Shown: in pieces, positions 28,060-41,546 of the stretch
How the letters are laid out: each line of letters opens with the position of its first letter
Numbering within the stretch: position 1 is the stretch's first letter
Origin: Balamuthia mandrillaris
Taxonomy: Eukaryota
Direction of reading: 5' to 3'
Length of the DNA stretch: 64,000 bases
Assembly (NCBI GenBank): GCA_031835245.2
Contig: JAVKOQ020000025.1
Location: 248,001-312,000, forward strand
Notes under the pieces: model-generated
The model's database searches: none
The model's input: only the letters and a program-made list of their open reading frames with translations
What the model was told of the DNA's origin: nothing
Made by a program: the position numbers and the translations under genes

Positions 28060-31000
28060 TTACTTGCCAGCGTGGTAGGCAGCTGCAGCAGCATAGCCTT
28101 GGTGTTGTGGATGGTGGTTTGCGGCAGCTTCCATGCCCGCTTTGGCCACGGCAGCAAATGGACGCATTCCATAGCCGTTGTGGTTGCTGTTATTCAGTTG
28201 TTGTTGGCTTGTGGTAGAGGAAGAGGAAGAGGAAGAGGAAGAGGAAGAAGAGGAAGATAAGCCAAAGTCAGCGAACCCAGGAGGAGGCGCTCTTTGTTGC
28301 CCAACCGAAGTGGAAGAAGAGGAAGAAGGATGAAAGCCAATAGGGGCGATGCCCGGAGGCGGGCCTTGTGGTTTCTGCTGTTGAGAGACGGAGGGGGAAG
28401 CTGATATCTGTGGCACAAAATTGTTGCTTCCCAGTTGGTGTTGTTGCTGCAAGGCAAAGGCAGCAGCGGCAGCATAGGCCTTGTTGTATTGCTGGGGTGC
28501 TGTCACCCCCCATGCGTTGGCCTGTTGTGGTGGTGGTTGTTGTTGGCTCCGATGCTGCTGTTGATGCTGCTGTTGCTGTTGCTGTTGCTGCTGCTGTTGC
28601 TGTTGTTGTTGTGCAAAGGCATAAGCATGCATGAGGTACTGGTGAGAGCGGTGGCTCCAGGGATTATCTCCAACGATGTCCCCTCCCATGCCCATTCCCA
28701 TGCCGCCCATTCCCATCCCGCCCCAACCCATCGATGCCATGGCATTATTGCTTGTGCTGTGGTTGGTACTATTGCTGCTGCCGCCAGCGCTGCTTTTCGA
28801 GGAAGAAGGAGGAGAAGGAGATGGAGAGGTAGCAGTGGGAGGAGGATAAGAGGCTTGATGGGGTAGACCCCATGGTCCAGCACCGCCAAACAGAGGAGAG
28901 GAGAGCTGCTTGTAGGCACCAGGAGGAAAGCCACCCTGTTGGTGAGGATGAGCATGCGCATGTGGGTGCATAGAATGATGAACGGAAGGATGATGAGAGA
29001 GAGGATGTCCAACACCGCTGCTGCCCCAAGCTGAGGCAGAGGATGCGGGAGTTGCGGAGGAGGAAGAAGAGGAAGGATCCATCATCATTCCCGCCACCAT
29101 GTCGTGAGACAGTGAATAGGCGGAGGGTGGAGCCTTCGCAAAACTTATATTTACATTCGGGAGTAGATCTCGTAGGCTTTGTTGCAGGCTCTTTTGGTCG
29201 AGCGCGTTCTGAGTTTGAGTCTGAGGTCGAGTTTGAGGAAGGGGTTGTTGTTGCCCGGAAGGAAGATGAAGCTGGTGCGGCGGCGTCGAATAAGGAGAAA
29301 TGCCCATTCGATGGAGGTCAGGCTGTTCCACAGCAGCCTCATCAGAGGTAGGTGAAAGCACTCTACCGCCGCCTGAAGCAGAAGACGGAGAGAGGGAAGC
29401 AGCAGAGGGAGAGGAAGGTTGAATCTCTCTGGTGGACAAGGCAGCAGGAGGTGAGGTTGGACCTGGTCTGTGTTGCTGTTGAGAGGAAGATATTGATCTT
29501 TTCTCATCAAACTCAGAGGTAGTAGCCTGGGCTTCTGTTCTCGCGGAGGTCTTGCTTGGGCGTTGTTGCGATTGGACGGGAGGTGTGTCTTTTGTTTTAG
29601 CGTTGGTGGAGCGTTGTTGGTTTTGCACTTGTGCTTGTGACCGTTGTTCCTGCGTTTCTCCCGATGGCAAAGAACTCACCGACATCAAATCATATTCCTC
29701 CTGTTGAGCAAATGAAAACCTGGAGCGAGGTCGCTCAGACATTTGCGGCGATAAAGTACGAGAACTCGCACTGCCAGTGGCAACCACGGTACTGGCAGCT
29801 TCTGGTTCAGGGAGCAAGGGTGGCCAAGCGGTTTTGGTGGATGAAGATGACGGTTTTGCAGGAGTAGGAGCGGGGGTAGGGGTTTCATCTTTAAGACCCC
29901 CCTCCTCGTCTTCCACGAGCAGATCTTCCAGACCAAGTTCTGACCAAGGATCAAAGTCCAGGGCGTCGTCCGGCTCGTCGCGGCGAGGCTCGGCGACGGG
30001 CCTTCCCCAAGAGGAAGACATGACTTTGTCTACCCAAGAGGATGACGGAGAAAACGAGGAGGGAGAGGGAGAAGCGGCGCTGCCGTTGGGTGTTTGTTGC
30101 TTGTGATGCGAAGAAGAAGGCTTAGTTTTGTTTGAATCATTGGTGGGTATATCCCAGGCAGAGGTAGTTGTTCGAAGTTTGGTGCTATTACTATTACTGT
30201 TGCTGTTGTCGTTTGAAGTGGGCACAGTGCTTGAATCGGCTTCAGCCTTTGAAGCAGCAGGAGCTGCTTGTTTATTGGCGTCTTTTTTAGTTTCTCTGTT
30301 TTGTGGGGCGACTTTTTGCTTGTTGTTGTTTTCCTTCGCTTCGGCCGTTGCTGTTCCTTTTTGTGGTTTCTCTTTCTGTTGTTGTCGTTTCGTTGTTGTT
30401 TTAGAGGTTTCATTGGCCTTATTGGTTGTATTTGTAGTTGTCGCAGTTGCAGATTTGGAGGAGGTATCGGGGGTGGTAGTAGTAGGGGGCTTCTCGTCCT
30501 TCTTCTTTGCTGTGGTTCGGGACGCTGCAATAGTTTGTGTGGAAACAGCAGGCCCATTTCGCTGGATGGAAGAAGATACGCTTGTGGTTTGGCTTTGTTG
30601 TTGTTTGTTGTTGTTGGTTGAGACGGAGTGGGGTTGCTTGAAGGAAGCATTATTGGAACGGGCACTAATGTTGTCAACGCTGTGGTGGTTGTTGAGCTTG
30701 TTGCCAGCTACCAAGGCAGGAGTTCCATAATGAAGCACGGTGGTACCACCGTGAGAGTGGAGGTGTTCAGACGGAGAGACGCCGAGAAGAGGTGGGGGAG
30801 GACCAAGTATGGAGTCATCATTCTTGATTATTTGGGGGATAGTCGTTCCTTTCTTTGATACAGCGGGGGCAGACTGCGCCAAGGCAGCGTGGTTGCTGCT
30901 ATTATTGTTAGTGGAGGTGGTGGGTGTGTTGTGGTTATTTGTTGGGGTGGAAGTTGTGGTTTTGGCAGCCCAAGAGGCGGTGGCTGGGAGGGCAGAGGCG

Positions 31001-32952
31001 ACACGTTCTCGCTCTTGCAAGGAGTTTGTGCGTGTGTGTTGGTGAGGGTGGCTGTGTTTTTGAGCATTGACCATCTCAGCAGCGGCACTGGCGGATGGCC
31101 ATTCCGATGCGTTGAACTTGACCACTGCAGGTGGGGAGGTAGATACCGCTGTAACGTTCCACACGCTTTTTGGGGGAACGCGGGATGCAGTTTTCGTTTG
31201 TGCGACGTCGGGCTTGATGAGAATAGAAGAAGACGAAGAGGAGGACGAAGAGGAGGATGATTCGGAGCTGCCTTCCTGATTCCGAGCAGGATCTCTGGGA
31301 GAGCGAGGGCTTTTTGGAGAGTTGTGCTCCGAGGGTGCTGTTTGTGTTTGTGTTTGTGTTTTAGTTTTGGTGTCTGCCGTTTGTTCTCGTTTGTTATCTT
31401 CTTCTCTACTTCCCCCACTACCGTTTATGTGGGGGAAATGATCTGGATGATTAGCAAAGCTTTGCTCTGTGTCGTGAGCCGAGGGATCTCCCTCTGAGCT
31501 ACCGTTGTCGTTGGCAGCATGCTCCATCAACTCCGCCATGGCGGAACCAGGGGAATACTCCGGAGAGGCAAAGTCATCAATAGAATCAGGGGGTGGTAGC
31601 CCTTCGTAGGGCAGTTTCCTTCTTCGTAGGCCCGAAGAGGGATGGATTTGGTGATGGAAGCTGCTTTTTCTAAAGATGAAAAGTAACTAAGGGTTAGAGA
31701 TGGAGGAAAACAGAGAGGAAAAGAGCAGGCAGGAAAGGGAGGGAGAAATGCGATACCCTAATGCCATTTCTTCTTTCGTAAAACTGTCATAATCACCGCC
31801 CAATTCATGCAGATACATACAATCAGGGTTTGTGCAAGGGACATTTTTAAGAAAGTATGTGCAATATTTCGTTGTTCCGAATGAGGCTCTGTATATTTAA
31901 AAGAGTTTGATGAAACGCAAATGTAATAATGTGGCCAACAATAGTAAAGTGAGTGAACGATAGAACGATTGAAGCAAAAAGGAACGAGGATTACCTTAAC
32001 GTGCGGCTCCCAAGCCATGCTCCATCCACTGCTTTAATGGCCAAAAGTGCATCCTCATCCTCGTAGTACGTTACATACGCACTAACACTTGGACCTCCGA
32101 CAGAGTTCACGTTGTAGAGATTGTTCTTGTTGATTACAACCTTTTGTATCTTGCCATACTGTCCGAAAAACTCTTGTTTTCTCAAAATCTGGCACGAACT
32201 CGTGTGAGACCCCATGCAAGATTTCACAAGTGTTTTTGAAACAAAAGGGGTGAAAGGCAAAGGAAGCAGCATACCTCTTCTTTGGCATACAAAAGGGCCA
32301 AGTTTGTGATGTAAACGAGATTGCGCTGTATGACGCGCACGTTGGCAAGGTTCTTTCGCGTTGAAGCAGACAAGCCCCCATTTGACATTCCGCCTCCGAT
32401 CACTCCTCCCGAAGAGATAGAAAGAGAGGAAGTGCTATTGGAGGAGTTGGTTAGCCCAGCTTTACTTCGTTTGCGCTCTTTGTTCTTTTTCTTTTTCATC
32501 TTGGCGAGTCTGGGGAGAGGCCACAATTAGTGAAGGGTAGAAAACAAAAAAAACACCAGGACAAATGACAAGAACAAATGACAACACGAAGAGCAAAGCA
32601 GGGAGCAGGAGGGGACAGCGGGAAGCTTACTCTTCCGGGTCAGGAGGAGTGAAGGAATAGTTTTCAGGGTCATAAGGTTTGCGGCAAGCAGGGCATTTGC
32701 CGTTAAGATTCTCTTTGATGTGATGCCAGCAGAAGCGACACATCTTTGGGCAAACAAAAATAAAAAGGGGAGTGTTAGTGAAGACAGGAAGATGGAAGAC
32801 AAAAGATTTTTGGAAGTGAAGCGAAGAAAAAAAACCTGATAGCCGCACTGGCAAGGATGAAAGTGTCTGTCCGTGATGTCTAGCTCTTCCAAACAAAGCG
32901 GACAAAGCACTTCCTCCTCCGATGATGAATTCTCTGCGTCTAGAGCAGACAT
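28060..32952 (-). CDS. CNOT4: CCR4-NOT E3 ligase subunit CNOT4/Not4 (RING + RRM + CCCH, long disordered tail), multi-exon
   Basis: CPLCLEELDITDRHFHPCQCGYQ.CRFCWHHI...CPACRKPY; LANVRVIQRNLVYI; FFGQYGKIQKVVIN; SFGTTKYCTYFL. Confidence 0.95.
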
Positions 32953-33986
32953 ACTGTGGGTTTGTTTCTTGGAGTTGTTTTCTTAAAAAAAAAGCTGGTT
33001 TAAGAAAAATAGTAAGTAAATAATCTCTTTGAGAAACGATCATCAAAAGAGGAGGGAAAAAAAGCAGGAAATTTATCTGAGGTGAGGGGTGGAGAGCGAT
33101 AGATAAAAGGATTTTGCGAAAGAATTAAAAAAAAGGTGGGGAAGCAGAGAAATAGCCTACCAAGGTTTGGTAGCGTTTAATCAAGAGCGGACAAAAAGGG
33201 GTCACGAATGGGAAAATATCAACTGATAGCCCTGAATAAAACAAGTCTACGGATGGGTTGAGCTGTTTGTTGGTACGGAAAATAAAATATTGTTAGTCCA
33301 ACATCAAAAATAAATCCTCCTCCCCCAAGCCGTCGTGTTTTTTTTCTCCCTCCCTCCCTCCCACCTCCAAACAAACGTGCGTACAAGTTGACTAACCAGC
33401 CAGGAGTAGAGGAGAGTGAGAGGTGCAGCCCGCAAAGAGGAAGGAAATCTGGTGAGGTGTGTGGTGCGGCTCAAAAGAAAAAATATTTCTTGTTTTTTTT
33501 TTTGTTGTTTGGATTTATTTTTTATTCCTCCCTTCGCAGCCCACCACACCAAAAACAGTCTGGCCCTGTGTCGACACGTCTTTTCGCGTCGACATTGGCG
33601 CAGTGGCGGGAAATGCGTGGGGCGCCCCAGCCACCGAAGCGGCTTGGGGTAAGAACACACGGGATGGTCGGTCGAACGAGAAGACGACAGTCTTGGGAGT
33701 GCAGGGAAATCTGTAAGGAGCCAACCTGCTTCATGAACTCCCTCCAGTACATCTGCTTGCAACCCTTCGGCGACCGCCTTGTTTGTGGGGTGCACCGGCG
33801 CCGGAATGCACTTACTCTCTCTCCTCTTAGCTCCTCTCCGCTCTCCTCTCCATCGAGGTAGTGAAAGCCCGTTATACTAATAGGTTGCCAACACAACGCT
33901 GATTGAAATCTTCTTTTATGGGCATTATGACGTCAGCTTTAGAGAAGACAGCAAGTTTTGCAGCCGCAGCAGCAGCGATAAAGAAG

Positions 33987-35827
33987 ATGTTGCGCAGCGT
34001 GGTTAGGCAGAGCAGCACAAGGAGCGGCCTCCACCCATGGCCCTCGATGACGGTAGCGCTGCCGCACACGACAGCAGATGGCGCGAGCAACGGTCACGCT
34101 GGGAGGAGAGGCTACGCTAAGCCGCCAGTAGGAAAGAAAGGAGGCAAGCCGGGCGCCGCGGAGGCCATTGACCCGGAGGAGCTCGAACGTAGGAGGCAGG
34201 CATGGAAGGAGCAGAACCTCAAGGAGTTTAACGAAATGTACCAACAGGCCCGGCAGTTGGATGCTCCCCAGCCGGAGCAAGTACGTTCCTTTTCTCCTTT
34301 GTTCCCGAAGTGGAAAAAAATCGTCAAAAAAAAAAAAAACAAGCTAACATTTATTGTGTTTGTGATGAATCGAATCGCTCGCTCACAACGATGACGACAA
34401 AAAGGAACTGAAAGATCCAGAGTCGCCTGTTTTGCTGGAGAGCTTCATCAATGGAAAGGTTGTCACGCTGAACCGACCCAAGCAGCTCAACGCACTCAAC
34501 CTTGAGATGGTTGAGCTTTTGCAGCCTCGCTACAAGGTTCTCTAACTCTCTTTCTCTATTTCTATGCGACGACAAGTCACAAGCCTAACTAGTGCTCTTC
34601 TATGTATTGGCTTTTAGGGATGGATAAAGGACCCCTGGGTCAAGTTCGTTATTTTGAAGGGCTCTGGCGGCAAAGCTTTTTGTGCTGGTGGCGACATTCG
34701 AGGTTTGTTTTCTGCTCTCTGTGCTCTGCAAGCGAACTAACTTTTGTTCAATGCAGCGATCTACGAAGCCGGTTCAAAAAGGATGAAGTTCAAGTTCCCC
34801 GAGTTCAAAGATGTCGACCTCACTCGTCGCTTCTTTGAAGAGGAATACTTTTTAAACTATCGGATAGGCATGTTCAACAAAGCTCACATCAGTTTGCTTA
34901 ACGGCATTACGAGTACTTTCTCTCTCTCTCTCTCTCTCTCCCTCTCACTCTTACTGAAAAATTTATCGCTTGGTTAGTGGGAGGAGGTGTTGGCCTTTCA
35001 GTGCATGGCTCGCACCGAGTAGCAATGCAAAACACACTTTTTGCCATGCCGGAAACAGGCATCGGCTTCTTTTGCGATGTAGGCGGCAGCCACTTCCTTC
35101 CTCGACTGAAGGGTGGCTTTGAGCTGGGCATGTACTTGGCGTTGACCGGTGCCCGGCTCAAAGGTTACGATAACTTGTAAGCAATCCTGATTCCTTTAGT
35201 TTCTTTTCTCCGTCTTCGCCTTCTTTTTCTTTTCGTTTTTTTCTTCTTCCTTGTTTCTTCTTCTGTTCTCTGTCTTTTATTAACCGAGCATTCTTTCTTC
35301 AAAAAAAATTAATAAAAGGCGTGCTGGGGTAGCCACGCATTACGTGAATGGAACCAAGATGGATGAGATGTTAACGGAATTGACAGCCATTTGGGAGGCG
35401 AAAGACATAGATCCCATTTTGGAGGCCTACTCCCTGAAGGAGGACCCCGAGGCCAAGGACAAGAGCGAAATACTCGTCCATGAGGATGCCATCAGACGCT
35501 GCTTCAGCAAGCCTTCTGTCGAAGAGATCTTGATGGCCTTGCAGAAGGAGGGCACCGATTGGGCTCAGAAAACGGTGCACACCATGCTCAAAATGTCTCC
35601 CACCAGTCTTAAGGTCTATTTTTTTTTTGAAACAAATACCCTCCTCTTTCTTTCTGTCGTTTTGGGCTTACATCATAAATTATTAGGTTGTATTCAAGCA
35701 ACTACATGAAGGCAAAAAACTAAGCCTGGAAGAGTGTTTGAAAATGGAGTTCAGACTATCACAATCCTTTATGGTTAGTTATTTTCTCATATTCGCAGTT
35801 ATGTAAGTAATCGTTGCAAGTGAACTT

Positions 35828-35858
<31 letters not shown>

Positions 35859-36024
35859 GCGAGGGCATGACTTCTATGAGGGCGTGAGGGCATTGCTCGT
35901 CGATAAGACCAACATGCCCAAATGGAGCCCTGCCTCCTTGGAAAAAGTGAAGGACGAAGACGTGGATAAATATTTCGGTCCGCTGAAGCGGGAATTATCT
36001 CTGGAAGAAACTCCCTTAAAATAA
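33987..36024 (+). CDS. HIBCH: 3-hydroxyisobutyryl-CoA hydrolase, mitochondrial, multi-exon
   Basis: [74 protein letters not shown]. Confidence 0.93.
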
Positions 36025-36114
36025 AAACACTTTTTTCCCTCTCGTTCTCATTTCTCCTTTCTTCTTTTCTTTTGTACAAAAAGAGAAACAAACAAAACAA
36101 AAACTCTGCAACGT

Positions 36115-38563
36115 TCAGTCGACGTTGTTGCTGCTCACAAAAACAAATGCTTCCATGTTTAAACATTCAAAGTCCTCTCCACTTGCCAAACACCTTTTTG
36201 CGCTCGCATTAAAACAAAGAAAGAATGGAAGAGCAAACAATAAAGCAAAGAGGTACCGGTTGTTAAACGTATCGCATGAATGGCTGGCACCGTGCAGCAG
36301 ACCTTCATCCAACCAAAGCCCCAGTTGCTCCCCTCTTCATACCAAAAAAATAGATTGCAACGATAACAGCAATGTTAGCATTTCTTCTCATGAAGAAAGA
36401 AGCGAGAACAAACCCTCCAATGGTGATAGAATCAGGCTGACCAAGTTGAATGTAGTTGTTGGCGCCGGTCCAAAGGTAAAAGGCCTTATAAGGGTGAATC
36501 TTGAACAAAAAGCTCTCTCCAGTACCATAGTACCGCTGTGCCACTTTCCATGATTCCGAACAAAAAGCACCAAATACCTACATTTTAGCGTTTTGTCGTT
36601 AGTGTAAGGTTCTCAAGTGAGAAGAGGGACACTGAGTACGTGATGATTTGAGTCTTCGACGATGAGAAGGGAAGGCCCACTGTCTTTCATTTTGGCATAA
36701 AATGTGTTGAGACTGATGCCATGGCGGAACGTGCTGTACATTACTTTCCAATCGTATTCCCGCAAATACCCTGGCAAGCACAATTGTATCTATAGAGAAG
36801 ATAAAAAAAAGATTGTCGTACCGCATTACACCAAAGATGAGAGAGAAAGAGAGGGACAACACTTACACTAGCAATATCTTCGGGAGCAAGAAGACAAGAG
36901 CCATGAACAATAGGTTGGTAGAGAGCAGCTTGTAAGTTGGGTTTCAACTCAACATCGTCCGTGGTTAGTGACTGTTTTCTGCGTGAACGACGACCGCTGC
37001 TACCATTACTTCTAGGGCTTTGAGTTTGCAGCACGAACCATTCCTTTAGAGCCTTGGTTTTTCCTGATCGCTTCTTAACTTTGGTGGCTGTTGTTGAAGT
37101 GGTGGTGATGGAGGTGGTCGTCGTAAGAGCAGAGGTAGGAGGGAGAGCCAACTTCCTGCTGGTTTGAGCGCTGTTCGGAGCTTTCTTCTTGGTTTTTCTC
37201 CACGAAGCAGGAGAAGGAAGAGAAGTTTTTCTGGAAAGAGGGGAGGAAGAACCAGAAGGAGAAGCCGAAGATGGGGTTGAGGCAGAGAGTGGAACAGAGG
37301 CAGAAGCAGCAGCAGCAGCAGAAGAAGAAGAAGAAGAAGAAGAAGAAGAAGAAGAAGAAAAGGAGGAGGAGGAGGAGGAGGAGGAGGAGGAGGAAACGGA
37401 GGACGAAGAGATTGACTTCTTTGTATGTACACCATCTTTTGGACTCGGTGCCAGCTTCTCACACAGCTCCTTTGCTCTGTAGACCGTTTGAACACCAAAA
37501 GGTTAATCCATGAAAACAAAAAACAACAACAACAACCACAACCACAACAAAAGGGCCATAGAAACCTGTGTGAGGGCAAAACAAAGAAAAGGATTTTGCC
37601 ATGAGCGGCACTGCTAGGCAACAATACCGAAAGCTGAATGTAGGTGTGATCCGTTGTGATGAAGGAGAGGGCTACTGCGTCGTATTCAGCCGGCAATATG
37701 CTACAATCGACAATATTACTTGCGTCAAAGTTGAGCTGGTAGCAAAGGAAGCCGTGCCGTTGCACCAGCTCTGCCTCCCGGTCCGGGACAAATATAAAAC
37801 GAGAAGACGTGGCCGTGAGAGCTCCTCTCACCTACATTGATCATCACCATCAGAAGAAAAAGAAGAACAGCGAAAAGGAGTGGAGGACGAACAAACTCAG
37901 AGCCCACTCGCTGATATACAGAAGTTTCGTGGAATACATCGTCAGAGGGCACCACGAGCTCCTGCCGTACACGTCCCCACTGAGGACGGCACTGTGCAGT
38001 ACCACCAGTACCACTTCTGCTCTTTCGAGTTCGCTCTTCCGTCTCTTCTTTCTCTGCCTCTACTTCTACTTCCTTGGGTGGAAGAAGTGAAGCAGCGGAA
38101 GTTGGAAAGGAGAAGGCGTGAGGAGGCATGTCGAGGCTAGATATTGGCACGTGGGGCGAAGAAATGGAGCCCAAGCTGGAAACAACGATGTCCTCAAAGG
38201 AGCGAGAGCGAAGCGGCGGTGTCTGTTCGTTTCCCGGCGTTGGTGGCCCAGAAGAGCTCTCCTGGCCGTCCTTGCTAGGTATCACCTGTTCTTTCACGTA
38301 CATTATCTTTTTCAAACAAAACACAGACTCGTTCAGTTAACACCATAATAGATCAAACAAAGGAGAAAGGAGGAGGCAAAACGTACCAATCCCGGCCGAA
38401 TGTTTGCAGCGTTCTTGTTGAGCGAGCGCAGCTCATCCACGCGCATTCCATACTTTAGAGCGATGGAAGCCAACGTGTCGCTTCGTTCCACGAGGTGAGT
38501 GGTAAGCGCTCTCTTGTCGCTCTCCAAGACTTGAGAGGGGGAAGGCAAGCCTTTGCTTTGCAT
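36115..38563 (-). CDS. OXR1: OXR1/NCOA7-like protein (LysM + GRAM-like + TLDc), multi-exon
   Basis: LysM HLVERSDTLASIALKYGMRVDELRSLN; GALTATSSRFIFVPD; TLDc YSTFRHGISLNTFY, YYGTGESFLF, GLWLDEGLLHGASHSCDTFNN. Confidence 0.85.
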
Positions 38564-38920
38564 GGAGGCTTTATTTTTATTTTTTTTGTTCTTTCTTCTT
38601 CTTCCTGGTTTGTTTGATAAAAAAACCGGTGTAACCCTGCAGATGATCGCCAAATGGGTGACATTTATGAGGGACACGTGACTTGACTAAACAAAGAGCA
38701 AATTGTCCTCAAAAAGTAAATCTCGGGTGAATTAGGTGAGCAGCACTTGAGCTCCTCTTCTGCTCTAATAAATAAACGCGTCATCATCCTCATCACCAGT
38801 TTTTCTTTTTTTTTCCTTCTTCTCTTTTCTTTATTCCTAGTCTAGTCTCTTCGCTTTCAGCACACGGAGCTCCATTCAACTTCCACCACATGGCTGCGCC
38901 TCATTGGAAAGTGGAATGAA

Positions 38921-40092
38921 TCACCGCCGTATTTTTTGCAGCCATGTGGTGTAGACCGCTGGTAATAGGTGTGCATTGCAGATATTGGTGTTCATGCAAA
39001 AAAAGCATAAATGGTCAGAAGAAGAAGAAGAAGAAGAAGAAGAAGAAGAAGAAGAAGAAGAATAACAGGCAGAAAAGATTCAACAAACCGATACAACTGG
39101 AAATGATGCCGCCGATGGCCAAGATAGCGGGTGACACAACGTCCTTCCACTGCATGACGCCCACCTGTCAATGCCATCACAACCACCATCTCTAAAAGTT
39201 AGTGACGCCCACTCCCTCAGCAATAGTCCAGAGAGAGAGAGAGAGAGAGAGGAGAGAGATAGGAGCAACATACGACGCCACTAGGAAGATCAGCAACATT
39301 CTTAATAAAGTCCAGCACTATAAGCCGCCGTGCCTCCATCAGCTTTTGAAGTGCCTTCTCGGTATCAAGCTTGGCACCGGCCGTGGAAGCCAACAAAGTC
39401 GTTGTATTCGTTTGCCGCTCTTTGCCTTTCTCCTTGGAGATACCAGCAGCGCTCTCCTCCTCATCTCCCACGCTCCTCTCTCCTTCTTCTTTCTCCTGTT
39501 GTTGTCTTTGCTTCTCCGCCTTCTCTTCTTGAAGGAGGTAAGCCTGAAGTGTGGTCCTCAGCTGCCTTTCCCTCTCCAGGCTGACCATGTAGTTCAGCAG
39601 GTTCATGACGAGCGAGCAGAGCAGGCTGAAGGCCCAGGAGCAGGTAGCCCTGTAGCCGTGCTTGTTGCCATCAAAGAGGATGACGCCGGAGGAGGAGGCC
39701 CACTTGAGGTGGTCGTGGTAGAAGTAGCTGGTCAGGCAGAGGGTCTTGAGCGCCTCCACCAGGGCCAGCAGCGTGATCTCCGGGTACTTCTTGGGCAGTA
39801 CGTAGCGCAGCGTCCAGTACATGGTGCTGATCTTGCCTAACCGCAGCAGCCTTCTTGTGTTGTTGAGGGAGTCCTCCAACTTTTTGAGGCGCTGTGGCAG
39901 CAGGACCAGCCATTGCTTGAGGGCCTCCGTTTGTGCCGCCGCCTGAGAGGAGCGGCCTTTCTGGCAGGCCCAAGCTGCTAGACGACAGACGTTGACGGCC
40001 AGACGGAAGAGCCGGTCCTTGGCGCTGGCATCGCCCACAAACTTGACGAGGTCCTCCAACTGAAAGCCGGCAGCTGTTAATAAAAGAGCCAT
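38921..40092 (-). CDS. PEX11: Peroxisomal membrane protein PEX11 family, 3 exons
   Basis: LVKFV.DASAKDRLFRL, KKLEDSLNNTRRLLRLGK, YFYHDHLKW, LDFIKNVADLP, GGIISSCIAVYTTW. Confidence 0.85.
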
Positions 40093-40568
40093 TCCGCTAG
40101 CACACTTTTGTTTCTTGGCCCGTTCTTTCTGTGTGTTAAGATGTTGTTGAATTCGCTCGCTCTCCCGCAACTCTTCAAAGGTATTGCCCAAACCTGAGGT
40201 CCTCCTGCTTCTTCTTTTATTGCGTTGTTGGTGGGTGGGTGGTGGTGGTGGCAGTGGGTTACAAAAAATGACAAACAATAAGTAACTCTGAGTGACCAAA
40301 AGTTTTCTTCCTGTCTACCTTTTTTTTCCATTTGCCATTTCGCTTGTGTGCACAAGTTGCGCAATTCCCTTGCTCCCTCCCCGGTTTTTAGGATAATTTT
40401 CCGTTATTTTCTTTCCCCGCTTTGCTAGGTTTCGACGCCCACCCTCGACAATTTTATTTGTTGAAAAAAGAGAATGATCAGATCCTGGAGGAATTCAAAC
40501 TAAGGCGGCGCAAAGATCATAAGATCTAAGGACAACGAAAAAAGAAATCCCGACATTAGTCTTTTGGG

Positions 40569-40593
40569 CCAATGAGCATGTTTCCCGCCAAAA
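40569..40593 (+). promoter_or_regulatory. CCAAT box plus E2F-type site TTTCCCGCCAAAA in element left end (also 61060-61084)
   Basis: Identical in both element copies; function inferred. Confidence 0.55.
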
Positions 40594-41054
40594 CAACCCT
40601 TCCTTCTCCCACGTCTCTGAAGGCAAAGTGGTAGGGTGGGTTGTGGGGTGGGGTGAATGGAATGGATGCTCATGCTGCTGCTGCCGCCAATAAACTTTTG
40701 GTACTCGTCAGTCGCCTTGACATTTTTCTGCTACTCGTTTTCTTTTCTTCTCTTCTCTTCTTTTCTTTCTTTTCAAAAGTAAACACACAGACATCCACGC
40801 AGCTCCACGCACCACCGTATTTCTCATTGCTACGCTTCTACTACACAAGGAGGAAACCAGCGGAAGGAGGCAGAGGTGGAAACCGAAGCGGTTCAGCCGC
40901 AAGCAGGGGCACTGCTCCGATTGAAAAGGTAGCGTTCTTTTTTCTCTGCTCGCTCACTACATTTTTTGATGATGGAAAAAAAAATTTGTTACCAACCTCT
41001 CACTAATGATTTCTTTTGTTTAAAAAAGAACAGCATCACGAACCTCTGTGCGCC

Positions 41055-41546
41055 AAGGTCAACCACAGACAACGGCGCCGTCTCCGAAGGGCCGCTGCTC
41101 GGCTTCGCCAGAGGATCCGCAACCTGGTGGATGACCTCCACAAGAAGCTCGTGTCTTGGTTGGTCAGGAACTTCTCCGTCATCCTTCTGCCAGAGTTCAG
41201 GAGCCAGCAGATGGTGCGGCGAGGCCACCGCCGCATTGGCTCGCGAACGGCCAGAGCCATGCTGACCTGGTCCCACTATCGCTTCAGGCAGAGGCTCCTC
41301 AACAAGGCCCAGCAATTTCCGTCCTGTACGGTCTGCCTCTGCGATGAGGAATACACCTCCAAGACCTGCGGCAAGTGCGGCCAAGTCCACCACCAGTTGG
41401 GGGGAAACAAGACCTTTCGGTGCCCTCAACCCGAGTGTGGCTACCAGGCGGATCGAGATGCCAACGCCGCCCGAAACATCTTGATCCGCTTTTTTACGTT
41501 GCAAGCACTTACCACCTCCTCCTCCTCCTCTGTGAGGGGGCGGTAG
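41055..41546 (+). pseudogene. Fanzor2/TnpB C-terminal half (bridge helix, RuvC-II region, Zn ribbon, RuvC-III)
   Basis: RIRNLVDDLHKK..W.VRNF..ILLPEF, MLTWSHYRFRQRL, DEEYTSKTCGKCG, FRCPQPECGYQADRDANAARNIL; N-terminal part deleted at ~41054. Confidence 0.92.

Noticed and set aside
27563..28260. Several 100-228 aa E/R- or S/L-rich ORFs
   Set aside because: GA-rich satellite and antisense of CNOT4
41016..41054. ORF-track start for the copy-1 nuclease
   Set aside because: TTG inside the intron and upstream of the deletion junction; not a real start
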